Notes: generated by a model from the sequence alone, not told the origin. DNA of 64,000 nt from Pseudomonadales bacterium (GCA_040235475.1 JBECKY010000057.1:2257-66256); one strand, 5' to 3'; counted from the stretch's first letter, positions 39,100-49,908 are shown. Numbers and translations are program-made.

Positions 39100-40413
39100 A
39101 TGAATAAATCATTAAATCCGGAAGAACTGGCCGCATGGCTTACGGTTTGGCGCTTACCCGGTGTCGGTCCACAGTTATTTGGCCAGCTTAAGTTACGTTT
39201 TGGCACTTTGGCAAAGCTCTTTAGCTTTGATCAGCAGCAACTGATCCAGGCAGGTTTGAGTGAAACTGCCGCCTCAGCACTAAAAAATATTCATCTTGAT
39301 GCCCTTGCTGGAGGGGCTAAGCATTCAAGCGACTTGAAAACAAGCAATGCCTTAATGGCTGAAGTCGAAAAAGATCTGCTTTGGCTGGAGCAGCCGAATA
39401 AGCACCTGTTAATTATTGATGACCCCGAGTACCCCGATTTTCTTAAGGCAATTTATACCCCGCCACCGCTGTTATTTGTTAATGGCAATCCAGAAATCCT
39501 TAAAGATACTCAAATTGGTGTGGTTGGCAGTAGAAATGCAAGTCGGATTGGTGAGGATAATACCCGCGCTTTTGTCCGTTATCTGGTGGATCAAGGGCTG
39601 TCGATTACCAGTGGTTTGGCCCTGGGAATTGATGGCATTGCACATCAAGCAGCACTGGATGCCGGGGGTAAAACCCTGGCGGTTGTGGCAAATGGGCTGG
39701 ATCAGATTTACCCTAAAAAGCATCTAAAACTGGCGCAGGCAATCATTGATGCTGGCGGAGCTGTCATTTCTGAATTCCCCACGGCTATTTCGCCCCGGCC
39801 TCAGTACTTTCCCCGCCGAAATCGAATTATCAGCGGCTTAAGTCAGGGTGTCCTGGTAGTTGAAGCGGCGCTGAAAAGTGGTTCGCTCATTACCGCAAGG
39901 TATGCCATGGAACAGGGGCGGGAAGTGTTTGCAATTCCCGGCTCTATCCATAATCCGCTAAGCAAGGGTTGCCATGCTTTAATAAAACAAGGCGCGGCCC
40001 TGGTGGAGTCCGGCGAAGATATTCTGTCTGAATTACAATTACGAGGCCTTGCGGTTGCAACACCGGGGCCGTTAAAGTCGACTATTGCCCGGAACCAGAT
40101 CGAGGGCGTTGAAAATAACATAAACAGTATTACAGACCCGGCTGATGAAGCCGCTGCACCCCTTACTCTTGTTCAGACGCTTCTTGGGCCGGATTCGTCA
40201 GGCTTGGAAACTGAAAGTGCGGCCCCTCCTCATCAGCAAATAGAGGAAAAAATTATCACCAGCATGGGTTTTGAAGTGGTGACACTGGATGCTTTGGTAG
40301 AGCTTACAGGCATTGAAACATCGGTTCTTGCTTCGACACTGATTATGTTAGAATTAAAAGGCGTTGTTGTTCAAGAGGCGGGTGGTTACACCCTAAGAGG
40401 CGAATACGCCTGA
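39100..40413 (+). CDS. dprA: DNA-processing protein DprA (Smf)
   Basis: VVGSRNAS, SGLALGIDG, FPRRNRIISGLS, SGSLITA, C-terminal winged helix; probable start ATG 39100. Confidence 0.96.
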   Translation: MNKSLNPEELAAWLTVWRLPGVGPQLFGQLKLRFGTLAKLFSFDQQQLIQAGLSETAASALKNIHLDALAGGAKHSSDLKTSNALMAEVEKDLLWLEQPNKHLLIIDDPEYPDFLKAIYTPPPLLFVNGNPEILKDTQIGVVGSRNASRIGEDNTRAFVRYLVDQGLSITSGLALGIDGIAHQAALDAGGKTLAVVANGLDQIYPKKHLKLAQAIIDAGGAVISEFPTAISPRPQYFPRRNRIISGLSQGVLVVEAALKSGSLITARYAMEQGREVFAIPGSIHNPLSKGCHALIKQGAALVESGEDILSELQLRGLAVATPGPLKSTIARNQIEGVENNINSITDPADEAAAPLTLVQTLLGPDSSGLETESAAPPHQQIEEKIITSMGFEVVTLDALVELTGIETSVLASTLIMLELKGVVVQEAGGYTLRGEYA

Positions 40414-40476
40414 GATTAACTCTTGCAGCAGAAAGACAGGAAAGAAAAAGCCAAAACCAGCCAGAAAGGTAGCTCA

Positions 40477-40986
40477 ATGTCCAAAGAAAAAACCAGATTT
40501 GTTGCGATACTCATGGGGTCAGATTCAGACTTGCCGGTAGTTGAAGCCGGAATAAAAGTACTACAGTCCCTTGAGGTGCCTATTGAAGTCAAAATAACCT
40601 CAGCCCATCGCACCCCTGATGCAACCCAGCAATACGTCAAAGACGCAGAGGCACGGGGCTGTGCCGTATTTATTGCGGCGGCGGGAATGTCTGCCCATTT
40701 GGCTGGAGCCGTTGCGGCGCAAACCCTTAAACCGGTTATTGGCATTCCTATCGATGCGGGTCCCTTACAAGGCCATGATGCGCTGTTATCGACGGTGCAA
40801 ATGCCCGGTGGCATACCCGTTGCAAGCGTTGCCATAGGCAAAGCCGGAGCTAAAAATGCCGGTTACCTGGCAGCACAAATATTAGCTATTTCTGATGAAA
40901 GCCTGGCTGTGCGATTAAAAGCTGATCGCCAGGCCAGTGCTGAAGCGGTAATGGCAAAAGATGCCGCATTGCAAGACAAATATTAA
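40477..40986 (+). CDS. purE: N5-carboxyaminoimidazole ribonucleotide mutase
   Basis: MGSDSD, SAHRTP, AGMSAHL, PVIGIP, VQMPGGIPVA; start ATG 40477 after AAAGGT. Confidence 0.96.
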   Translation: MSKEKTRFVAILMGSDSDLPVVEAGIKVLQSLEVPIEVKITSAHRTPDATQQYVKDAEARGCAVFIAAAGMSAHLAGAVAAQTLKPVIGIPIDAGPLQGHDALLSTVQMPGGIPVASVAIGKAGAKNAGYLAAQILAISDESLAVRLKADRQASAEAVMAKDAALQDKY

Positions 40987-41022
40987 AGCCTAAATGATAT
41001 TGTGTGAACAAAAGGGTTTCAA

Positions 41023-41598
41023 ATGAAACCCTGGGAAAAGTCTCGGGCAATAGCTGTGTTAGACGCTGGAGGTATTATTGCCTACCCGACTGAGGCTGTT
41101 TATGGGCTCGGGTGCGACCCTTTTAATCCAACAGCCGTAGCGCGATTGTTAAAACTGAAAAAACGACCCGCTGCAAAAGGCCTGATACTGATAGCTTCAC
41201 GTTGGAGTCAGGTGGAAACACTTTGCGCTGAATTAAATGAAAGACAAAAAACCAAACTGCTAAACGTTAAGCCCGAAAAACCCACAACCTGGCTGATCCC
41301 GGATCATAAAGACCTGGTTCCCGCCTGGGTGAAGGGAAACCACCGAAAATTTGCCTTAAGAATATCGTCCCATCCGGTAGTGCGTGATTTATGCGACGCA
41401 TACGGCGGACCGATTATTTCAAGCAGTGCAAATTATGCTGGCGCGAAACCTATTAAAAGCAAATTAAGGCTGCTAAAAATGTCGTCCAGGCAAATGAATG
41501 ATCAAATAGATTATATTGTGCCTGGATCACTGGGGTCATCGGCCGCACCTTCAGAAATCAAAGATATAGAAAGCAATCGAATTTTTAGAGCGGGTTGA
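41023..41598 (+). CDS. tsaC: L-threonylcarbamoyladenylate synthase (YrdC/Sua5)
   Basis: AYPTEAVYGLGCDP, KxR, SSSAN. Confidence 0.95.
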   Translation: MKPWEKSRAIAVLDAGGIIAYPTEAVYGLGCDPFNPTAVARLLKLKKRPAAKGLILIASRWSQVETLCAELNERQKTKLLNVKPEKPTTWLIPDHKDLVPAWVKGNHRKFALRISSHPVVRDLCDAYGGPIISSSANYAGAKPIKSKLRLLKMSSRQMNDQIDYIVPGSLGSSAAPSEIKDIESNRIFRAG

Positions 41599-42528
<930 letters not shown>

Positions 42529-42595
42529 TAGGGATACAAAATAATAATTTTATATAACCAGGTATACTTCTATTTATACCTTTAGGCGTAATGAC

Positions 42596-43420
42596 ATGAT
42601 TGATCAATATGCTGTTATGGGCGATCCAATTAGCCATAGCAAATCCCCCTTAATTCACCGGTGTTTTGCTCAGCAAGCTCAACAGGCAATGGAATACCAT
42701 GCTTTGCAAGTGTCTGCGAAAGAATTTAAAACAAAAATTGCAAAGTTTTTTAAGGACGGCGGTAAAGGCTTAAATATAACTGTGCCTTTAAAAGAGCTGG
42801 CCTGGGAGCTGGTTGATCAAAGAAGCCCTTTGGCGGAACGTGCCGGGGCGGTTAACACAATCAGCCTTCATCAAGATAAACTGCTTGGCGCTAATACCGA
42901 TGGTATTGGTTTGGTGCGGGACATTATCCAAAACCACAAAGGCAGCCTTGCAAATAAAAAAATTCTTATTCTCGGTGCTGGTGGCGCAGTTAGGGGCGTA
43001 TTGGAACCTGTTCTGTTACAGCAACCTGAAAGCGTCACTATTGTTAATCGTACAGTTGAAAAAGCCAACAACTTGCACGGCTTATTCGCTGATCTTGGTG
43101 AAGTAAGGGCCTGTGCCTATAATGAGCTTGAACATAGGCCGTTTGACTTAATAATTAACGGTACCTCCGCAAGTTTGCACGGGCAACTGCCCCCGCTGAA
43201 CCACGCAGTTATCGGCCAAAATACCTGGTGCTACGACATGATGTACAGTAACGACAAAACACTTTTTAATGGCTGGGCTGAAGCACAAGGTGCAGAAAAA
43301 ATACTTGATGGCCTGGGCATGCTGGTAGAACAGGCTGCAGAAGCTTTTTATATTTGGAGAGGTATTCGCCCAGATACCGCTTCAGTGATTGAGAAAATAA
43401 AACAGGGTAATAAACCATGA
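42596..43420 (+). CDS. aroE: Shikimate dehydrogenase
   Basis: HSKSPLIH, NITVPLK, NTDG, GAGGA, GMLVEQAA. Confidence 0.98.
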   Translation: MIDQYAVMGDPISHSKSPLIHRCFAQQAQQAMEYHALQVSAKEFKTKIAKFFKDGGKGLNITVPLKELAWELVDQRSPLAERAGAVNTISLHQDKLLGANTDGIGLVRDIIQNHKGSLANKKILILGAGGAVRGVLEPVLLQQPESVTIVNRTVEKANNLHGLFADLGEVRACAYNELEHRPFDLIINGTSASLHGQLPPLNHAVIGQNTWCYDMMYSNDKTLFNGWAEAQGAEKILDGLGMLVEQAAEAFYIWRGIRPDTASVIEKIKQGNKP

Positions 43421-45453
43421 GTAATGCAATTCTCACCATGACAGGGCTGCCGTCATTTAAAAACATAAAACCAGAAAATGTCGAAGAGGCAATTGCACTC
43501 ACACTAAACGATAACCGTGAAAAATTAAACAAGCTATTACAGCAAAAAAAATATACCTGGGAAAACCTAATTGCACCATTGGCAGAAATGGAAGATAGGC
43601 TTTCTCAGCGCTGGTCACCGGTTTCCCATTTAAATGCGGTAATGAATAACGAAAAACTAAGGACAGCCTATAATAAATGCTTACCTAAACTGTCTGAATA
43701 CGCTACTGAGATGGGCCAGAACAAGGCCTTGTTTGCGGCTTACAGGTCAATTGCTGAAAGTGAAGCCTATAAAGAATTTAATACTTCGCAACAACAAATG
43801 ATAACAAATGCATTAAGAGACTTCCGTCTGTCAGGCATTGATCTTGAAGAAGCTAATCGGCAACGCTTTGGTGAAATAAAAAAACGTTTATCTGAATTAA
43901 CCAGCAAATACTCTGAAAATGTATTGGATGCAACCCAGGCTTGGGAAAAACATATCAGCAATTCAGCTGAATTAGCAGGTCTTCCGCAATCGGCTCTAGA
44001 CAGCGCACAACAACTGGCGCAACAAAAAGATAAACCCGGCTTTATTATTAACCTGGAATTTCCCAGCTATTTACCGGTTATGACGTACTGTGAAAATAGA
44101 AAACTCAGGGAAGAGCTGCATAAGGTATTTGTGACTCGCGCGTCTGCAATCAGTCCGAGTGGTTCAAACTGGGATAATAGCGTTATTATGCTAGAAATTC
44201 TTGGCCTACGTTATGAGCTGGCGCAATTGCTGGGCTTTAAAAATTATGCAGAATTATCACTGGCTACAAAAATGGCCGATAATACGCAAGCAGTGTTTAA
44301 TTTTTTAAATGAACTGGCAGCGCGCTCCCAGCCATTTGCGCAACAAGAATATAAAGAACTAAACCTGTTCGCTAAAAAGATCGACCAACTTGAGGTGCTC
44401 GAAGCCTGGGATGTGGCCTATTACAGCGAAAAACTTCGGCAGCAGAAGTATGATATTTCACAGGAAGAGCTGCGGCCTTATTTTCCTGTTAGTACAGTGC
44501 TAGATGGGCTTTTTGAGATTGCCAAACGATTATACGGCATTGCTATTACCGCAAACCAGAACATGGAAACCTGGCATAATGATGTGCAGTGTTTCGATAT
44601 CAGCGATAAAACGGGTGAAACCATTGCTCGATTTTATATTGACCTATACGCCAGAGAAAATAAACGCGGCGGCGCCTGGATGGATGAGTGCAAAGTTCGT
44701 CGCCGGGATAACAAAGGCAATATACAGCTTCCCGTGGCCTATCTGGTGTGCAACTTCACATCCCCTGTCGGCGATAAACCTGCGCTGCTAAGCCACAATG
44801 AGGTGACTACATTATTTCATGAATTCGGTCATGGTCTGCATCATATGCTGACCCAGGTGGATGTGGCTGCTGTGTCAGGAATCAATGGCGTGCCTTGGGA
44901 TGCAGTAGAGCTGCCTAGCCAGTTTATGGAAAATTGGTGTTGGGAAAAACAAGCCATAAAGCTTTTTTCAGCACACTTTGAAACTGGTGAAAGCTTGCCT
45001 GGGGAAATGCTGGATAAACTATTAGCGGCTAAAAATTTTCAGGCAGGCATGCAAATGCTTCGGCAATTGGAGCTTGCTTTATTTGATTTAAAAATTCACA
45101 CTGAATATGAATCTGGAGAAGTATTTTCCATTCAAGAAATTTTAAATCAGGTTCGCGAGCAGGTATCCGTGGTGCCCGTGGCGGAGTGCAATCGTTTCCA
45201 GAACAGTTTTTCTCATATTTTTGCCGGTGGTTATGCCGCTGGGTATTACAGCTATAAGTGGGCAGAAGTATTATCCGCGGATGCATTTTCAAAATTCGAA
45301 GAACAAGGTGTTTTTAATGCTGATACCGGTGATGAATTTAAGCGATGCATACTTGAAAAGGGCGGCTCAGAGTCGCCAGCCGAGTTGTTTAGCGCCTTTC
45401 GCGGCCGGCCACCGAAGGTGGATGCTTTGTTAAAGCATTCTGGCTTTGTTTAG
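43417..45453 (+). CDS. prlC: Oligopeptidase A (M3 metallopeptidase)
   Basis: FHEFGH, DAVELPSQ, HIFAGGYAAGYYSYKWAE; ATGA overlap with aroE. Confidence 0.97.
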   Translation: MSNAILTMTGLPSFKNIKPENVEEAIALTLNDNREKLNKLLQQKKYTWENLIAPLAEMEDRLSQRWSPVSHLNAVMNNEKLRTAYNKCLPKLSEYATEMGQNKALFAAYRSIAESEAYKEFNTSQQQMITNALRDFRLSGIDLEEANRQRFGEIKKRLSELTSKYSENVLDATQAWEKHISNSAELAGLPQSALDSAQQLAQQKDKPGFIINLEFPSYLPVMTYCENRKLREELHKVFVTRASAISPSGSNWDNSVIMLEILGLRYELAQLLGFKNYAELSLATKMADNTQAVFNFLNELAARSQPFAQQEYKELNLFAKKIDQLEVLEAWDVAYYSEKLRQQKYDISQEELRPYFPVSTVLDGLFEIAKRLYGIAITANQNMETWHNDVQCFDISDKTGETIARFYIDLYARENKRGGAWMDECKVRRRDNKGNIQLPVAYLVCNFTSPVGDKPALLSHNEVTTLFHEFGHGLHHMLTQVDVAAVSGINGVPWDAVELPSQFMENWCWEKQAIKLFSAHFETGESLPGEMLDKLLAAKNFQAGMQMLRQLELALFDLKIHTEYESGEVFSIQEILNQVREQVSVVPVAECNRFQNSFSHIFAGGYAAGYYSYKWAEVLSADAFSKFEEQGVFNADTGDEFKRCILEKGGSESPAELFSAFRGRPPKVDALLKHSGFV

Positions 45454-45471
45454 CTTAAGTAGTTGGTAACC

Positions 45472-45699
45472 ATGAAAAGAAAATTCATCGCCGGTGCTGT
45501 TTGTCCGTCTTGCGGAAAACAGGATAAAATAGTCTTGCTTGCTGATCGTGGCGAAAAAGTTATGGAATGCGTCAATTGTGGATACAAAAAAGTTCAAGGT
45601 GCAGAAGTACAAGACGGGAAGATAAAAACTACAGAAACAGAAAACGCAAAGCATAAAAAAACAGATAATGATAAAGCTCAAACGATAACCTGGAAATAA
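45472..45699 (+). CDS. YheV-family putative zinc-ribbon protein
   Basis: KRKFIAGAVCPSC...ECVNCGY; adjacent to prlC. Confidence 0.88.
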   Translation: MKRKFIAGAVCPSCGKQDKIVLLADRGEKVMECVNCGYKKVQGAEVQDGKIKTTETENAKHKKTDNDKAQTITWK

Positions 45700-45762
45700 C
45701 GCCCGCCTTTAGGCAGCACTCAATCAATGCCGGTGAATAGAGCATCGCGGACAAACCCCATT

Positions 45763-46548
45763 TCAATAATCAGCGTAACGAATTAAGGGCGGTTCATCGG
45801 CATTAATTTGTGCTGTGGCTGATAGTGTAAAAGTGCTGTCGATAAAATAAATCGATGTTCTTAATAAAGCCGCCAGCCATTTATAATCCCTGTTGCTTTG
45901 TGCTTGAATAATAATGGGCGCATTATTTTTAACAATAATTTGGCTGGCTTTATCCAAAGCGATGCCTACTTGCTTTGATCGAGCATTAATCTCAGCTTGA
46001 TTTAAATGGGTAATGGTTAAACGCGCAATTCTGGTTTTTTCTTTAGCAATAGCCGCCAGTTGTTTTTCCCTTGCAGCAGCTTGTGCTGCTGCGGCTTGCT
46101 TTTCTTCAAGCTGAGCCTGTTCAAGCTTGGCCTTTCTGTCCTTTTCTGCAATATAATCAGCGATCAGTTTTTCTGATGCGGAAATACCTTCTTTTGTCTC
46201 GGGCGAGATGGTAAGGGCACTGTTAAGGTAGTGTTGTGCAGCCTCAAGATTGTCTTTTTGCAGTGCGGGTGCAACCAAGTCAACATAGGCCTTGGCGATG
46301 CTGGCTTTAATGCCGGGAATGGCCGGGTGGTCTGGGCTTAACTGGGTAACTTCATTCAGCTTGAGCAAGGCATTGTTATTTTTTGGTGTGCTTAGTCGTT
46401 TAGCCTGAATATCTTCATTAATTTGCTCAAACAAAAGGTTTAGCTGAGTAATTTTTTTCTGCCTGGCAATTTCCTCTGGGTTGGGGCCAAGCAATTGGCA
46501 AGCGGTCAGCAAGGTGGTGATTAATAAAAAAATTAAAATTTTATACAT
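45763..46548 (-). CDS. Lipoprotein, probably PA5502-like, downstream of znuB
   Basis: Lipobox LLTAC; helical TPR-like middle and Ala-rich coil; same position as Pseudomonas PA5502 (family call from recall). Confidence 0.65.
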   Translation of the reverse strand: MYKILIFLLITTLLTACQLLGPNPEEIARQKKITQLNLLFEQINEDIQAKRLSTPKNNNALLKLNEVTQLSPDHPAIPGIKASIAKAYVDLVAPALQKDNLEAAQHYLNSALTISPETKEGISASEKLIADYIAEKDRKAKLEQAQLEEKQAAAAQAAAREKQLAAIAKEKTRIARLTITHLNQAEINARSKQVGIALDKASQIIVKNNAPIIIQAQSNRDYKWLAALLRTSIYFIDSTFTLSATAQINADEPPLIRYADY

Positions 46549-46647
46549 GGCCGCCAATTTATTTAACTAATTGAAATTATATTTGTAGTTTAAATTTGAG
46601 CCATCCGAGGCCAGTTAATCAATGGCTATCCAGTTCCTGTGCCGGTT

Positions 46648-47460
46648 TCAGCGCCTGGTTTCAGCGCGCGGAGTATTAAAAATACCTAAAGGCAAACTAT
46701 AGACTATTATGAAAATAAATGTACTGCATACTACGATGGAAGGCCCCAGAGGAGTGTCAAAGTAGTAGCTGTTGATTAAGCCCAGGCTTACGGCAATACA
46801 ACCCAGTGCACTGGCAAAAGCCGCCATTTGTTCTGGAGTTGTGGCTAAGCGCCGAGCACTCGCCGCAGGAATAATCATTAAAGCCGTAATCAATAATACA
46901 CCTACAAGTTTCATGGCCACAGCAATAACCAAGGCCATCAATACCATCAGCGCCATCCGTGTGGCGGCAACCGGCACACCTTCAACCTGGGCCAATTCTT
47001 CATGAACAGTAATTGCTAAAAGAGGTTGCCAAAGAAATTTTAAGGTAATTAATATAACTGCGCCGCCCAGGTAAATAGCTTGCAGATCCCCGGTATTAAT
47101 AGCCAGAAGATCACCAAATAGAAATGCCGATAAATCAAGGCGGGATTTCATCAAGCTTACTACAATTAAACCCAGAGAAAGGCTGGTATGAGCAAGAATG
47201 CCGAGTAAGGTATCACTGGCAATTTGTCGTTGCTGTAATAAAAAAACCAGGCCCATGGCCATCAATACACAAACAATAATCACAGCTAAATTCAAATTTA
47301 CCGATAAGGCCAGGCCAAGAGCAACTCCGAGCAAGGCTGAGTGTGCCAAGGTGTCGCCAAAATAAGCCATGCGTCGCCAAACCAGAAAAGAGCCCAAAGG
47401 CCCCGCTACGATCGCAACCCCTAAACCCCCAATCAAGGCCGGCAATATAATTTCAACCAT
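46648..47460 (-). CDS. znuB: Zinc ABC transporter permease
   Basis: WRRMAYFGDTLAHSALLG, FLFGDLLAI; start moved to ATG 47460, overlapping the znuC stop. Confidence 0.96.
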   Translation of the reverse strand: MVEIILPALIGGLGVAIVAGPLGSFLVWRRMAYFGDTLAHSALLGVALGLALSVNLNLAVIIVCVLMAMGLVFLLQQRQIASDTLLGILAHTSLSLGLIVVSLMKSRLDLSAFLFGDLLAINTGDLQAIYLGGAVILITLKFLWQPLLAITVHEELAQVEGVPVAATRMALMVLMALVIAVAMKLVGVLLITALMIIPAASARRLATTPEQMAAFASALGCIAVSLGLINSYYFDTPLGPSIVVCSTFIFIIVYSLPLGIFNTPRAETRR

Positions 47461-48268
47461 GGTGTGTCTCGCTTGGTTTGTTGGGTGTGGCTGCCGTATC
47501 GGCAACAATATGGCCGCTGTCTGTATGGCGATGATCGTGGTGATGAGTATAAAGAGCCAGCGATGCTTCGGCCCTTCCAAAGATTTCAAGATAAGACGGG
47601 TGAGATGACACTGCTTCAGGGTGCCCGGAACAGCAAACATGCTGGTTCAGGCAAATAACTTTGTCAGTGCTGGCCATTACGAAATGCAAATCATGAGAAA
47701 CCATTAAAATCGCACAGCCGGTTTGATCACGAATATCGTTGATCAATTGATACATATCGCTTTGGCCATTCATGTCTATGCCTTGAACCGGTTCATCCAA
47801 TACCAATAAATCTGGACGCCTGAGCATGGCGCGAGCAAGCAATACCCGCTGAAATTCTCCACCTGAGAGATCATGTATCGATGCGTTAAATAAATGCCTG
47901 ACCTTGGTAGTGGACAGTGCAGCAAGAATATCAGAAGATTTAAATGCACGCCCGGCCATGGACAAAAATCGTTGCACGCTAAGTGGAAAGGTTCGGTCAA
48001 GCTGAAGTTTCTGCGGTGCGTAGCCTATGGTTAAGCCCGCTCGTCGAGTAATAGTGCCCTTATCAGGTTTAATTAAACCCAGCAGCACCCTGACTAAAGT
48101 AGATTTGCCGGCCCCGTTGGGCCCAATTACGGTAACGATTTCACCTGGATGCAATTGCAGTTCCAGGTCTGATAAAACCTGTTTTGAACCCAGTTTGACA
48201 TAAACCTTGGACATGCTGAGCAAGCAAGAATGATTTTTTATCTGTGTTTTGTCCATGTTGAAAGCCAT
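47453..48268 (-). CDS. znuC: Zinc ABC transporter ATPase
   Basis: GPNGAGKS, LSGGE, HVCCSGHP, His-rich tail; start may be 48256. Confidence 0.96.
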   Translation of the reverse strand: MAFNMDKTQIKNHSCLLSMSKVYVKLGSKQVLSDLELQLHPGEIVTVIGPNGAGKSTLVRVLLGLIKPDKGTITRRAGLTIGYAPQKLQLDRTFPLSVQRFLSMAGRAFKSSDILAALSTTKVRHLFNASIHDLSGGEFQRVLLARAMLRRPDLLVLDEPVQGIDMNGQSDMYQLINDIRDQTGCAILMVSHDLHFVMASTDKVICLNQHVCCSGHPEAVSSHPSYLEIFGRAEASLALYTHHHDHRHTDSGHIVADTAATPNKPSETHHG

Positions 48269-48300
48269 TTATTATAGTGCTGAATCAAATACTGAAAAAA

Positions 48301-48795
48301 TTAAGCTCTCTGTTGAGAGCATTGCTGGCATACACCCAGAATTTCAAGTGCTTGCTGCTCAACATGAAATGATGCCGATTGTGCCACCACCTCAATAGCT
48401 TGTATTGCTTCAGACATGTGCAATTCAGCCACATTGCCACAGAGGCGGCAAATTAAAAGTTGTCGGTTATGGTCTACGGACTGGGGGTGGGAGCAACCCA
48501 GATAAGCGTTTAGCGCATTAACTTTATGCACCAAACCCTGCGCTTGCAAAAAATCCAGTGCGCGGTATACCGTGGGAGGTGCCGGTTTATGCCCTTCCTG
48601 TGCGAGTTGCTCAAGCAGGGTATAGGCCCCCAGTGGTTTGTGGCTGCTCCATATCAATTCCAACACTCTTTTTCTTAAGGGTGTTAAGCGGCTGTTTCGC
48701 AGACGACAAATTTGTTCAGCATCGGCCAGCGCCTGTGCTACACAGTGGCGATGGCTTTTGCAGCCAAAAGGCGTGTCTTGAGAAATATTGCCCAT
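48301..48795 (-). CDS. zur: Zinc uptake regulator (Fur family)
   Basis: RLTPLRKRVL, PPTVYRALDFL, two CxxC motifs; within the znu locus. Confidence 0.94.
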   Translation of the reverse strand: MGNISQDTPFGCKSHRHCVAQALADAEQICRLRNSRLTPLRKRVLELIWSSHKPLGAYTLLEQLAQEGHKPAPPTVYRALDFLQAQGLVHKVNALNAYLGCSHPQSVDHNRQLLICRLCGNVAELHMSEAIQAIEVVAQSASFHVEQQALEILGVCQQCSQQRA

Positions 48796-48836
48796 AAAAC
48801 AAAGCTAAGAAACAAAGTATGGAGCTTGTTTAAAGA

Positions 48837-48859
48837 TGAATGTTATAATATAACATTTC
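48837..48859. promoter_or_regulatory. Zur box
   Basis: TGAATGTTATA-A-TATAACATTTC: perfect 9-1-9 palindrome matching GAAATGTTATANTATAACATTTC, between divergent zur and znuA. Confidence 0.92.
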
Positions 48860-48873
48860 AATGCGTGGTTCAA

Positions 48874-49908
48874 ATGCAAAAATATTTATCTTTTTATATC
48901 AAGGGACTATCACGGTTTCCAAGGTTTCGCGGCTTTGTCATAGGTATCATTTGTCTGTTTGGTTTGGGTAATGGCCTATACATGGCAGAGACCCGTGCGG
49001 ACTCTGCCAGCGAAACATCAGCACAAGCCACCATTATTTACAGTATCCATCCCTTGACACTAATAGGTCGGGAAGTGATCGCCGCTAAGGCAAAACATAT
49101 AACCCTGTTACCGCCTGGAGCTACGCCTCACGACTATGCGTTAAAAATAAGTGACATAAAAAAGCTTAAACAAGCGGATATCATCGTTTGGATGGGGCCG
49201 GAGATTGAGCCCTACTTGGCTAAAGCCATCAGCAAAATTGCCGCTGAAGAAAAGGCAATAAGCATTGATGTAAGTAATGCGGCAAAGCTTCCAGGCATAA
49301 AACTACGTGCTGCCATAGCGATGACGCCGACACTCGATGAACACCATCATGATGATGCTCATCACAATGAAAAAACACAACAAAAATACGACCCGCATCT
49401 TTGGCTTTCTCCCGTCAATGCAAACATTATTGCAGAAACACTGGCAAAAGCCTTTACAGGTTTAAAACTTGAGCATGAAGCTTATGTTAGCGAAAAGCTG
49501 CAATCTTTTAGCAAAAAAATACAGGCAATGAAAAATCAAGCCGGGCATGAAAGCCGGCAAAAAATATATTATGAGCCTTATGTGGTTTATCACGATGCTT
49601 TTAGTTATCTTGAAAATTATCTCGGCATTCAAAACAGTGGCGCCATAACCGACCATCTGCATAACAAGCCAGGTATGCGCCATGCCGTGGATATGATTGA
49701 AACAATAAAAATAACAAATACAGCGTGCCTGATCACACCCCTAAATTATGATAAAAAGTTAACAGAAAAAATAGTTGGATCAAGCAAGTTGAATGTTATA
49801 ACTTTGGATATATTAGCAGAACAAGTAGCTGAGGGTGGTTTTTATACAGACTATCTGGATTCATTGATGAGAAATATGAAAGCATGTATAAGTTATAAAA
49901 AAATATAG
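48874..49908 (+). CDS. znuA: Zinc ABC transporter substrate-binding protein
   Basis: SIHPL, PPGATPHDY, His-rich loop EHHHDDAHH, DPHLWLSP, YHDAF; start moved downstream of the Zur box. Confidence 0.93.
   Translation: MQKYLSFYIKGLSRFPRFRGFVIGIICLFGLGNGLYMAETRADSASETSAQATIIYSIHPLTLIGREVIAAKAKHITLLPPGATPHDYALKISDIKKLKQADIIVWMGPEIEPYLAKAISKIAAEEKAISIDVSNAAKLPGIKLRAAIAMTPTLDEHHHDDAHHNEKTQQKYDPHLWLSPVNANIIAETLAKAFTGLKLEHEAYVSEKLQSFSKKIQAMKNQAGHESRQKIYYEPYVVYHDAFSYLENYLGIQNSGAITDHLHNKPGMRHAVDMIETIKITNTACLITPLNYDKKLTEKIVGSSKLNVITLDILAEQVAEGGFYTDYLDSLMRNMKACISYKKI

Noticed and set aside
48712..48873. N-terminal extensions in the ORF track (znuA here; also yidC, glyQ, znuB, comM, dprA, purE, atpB)
   Set aside because: They overlap neighbouring genes or regulatory sites; downstream ATGs fit family N-termini or RBS positions better.
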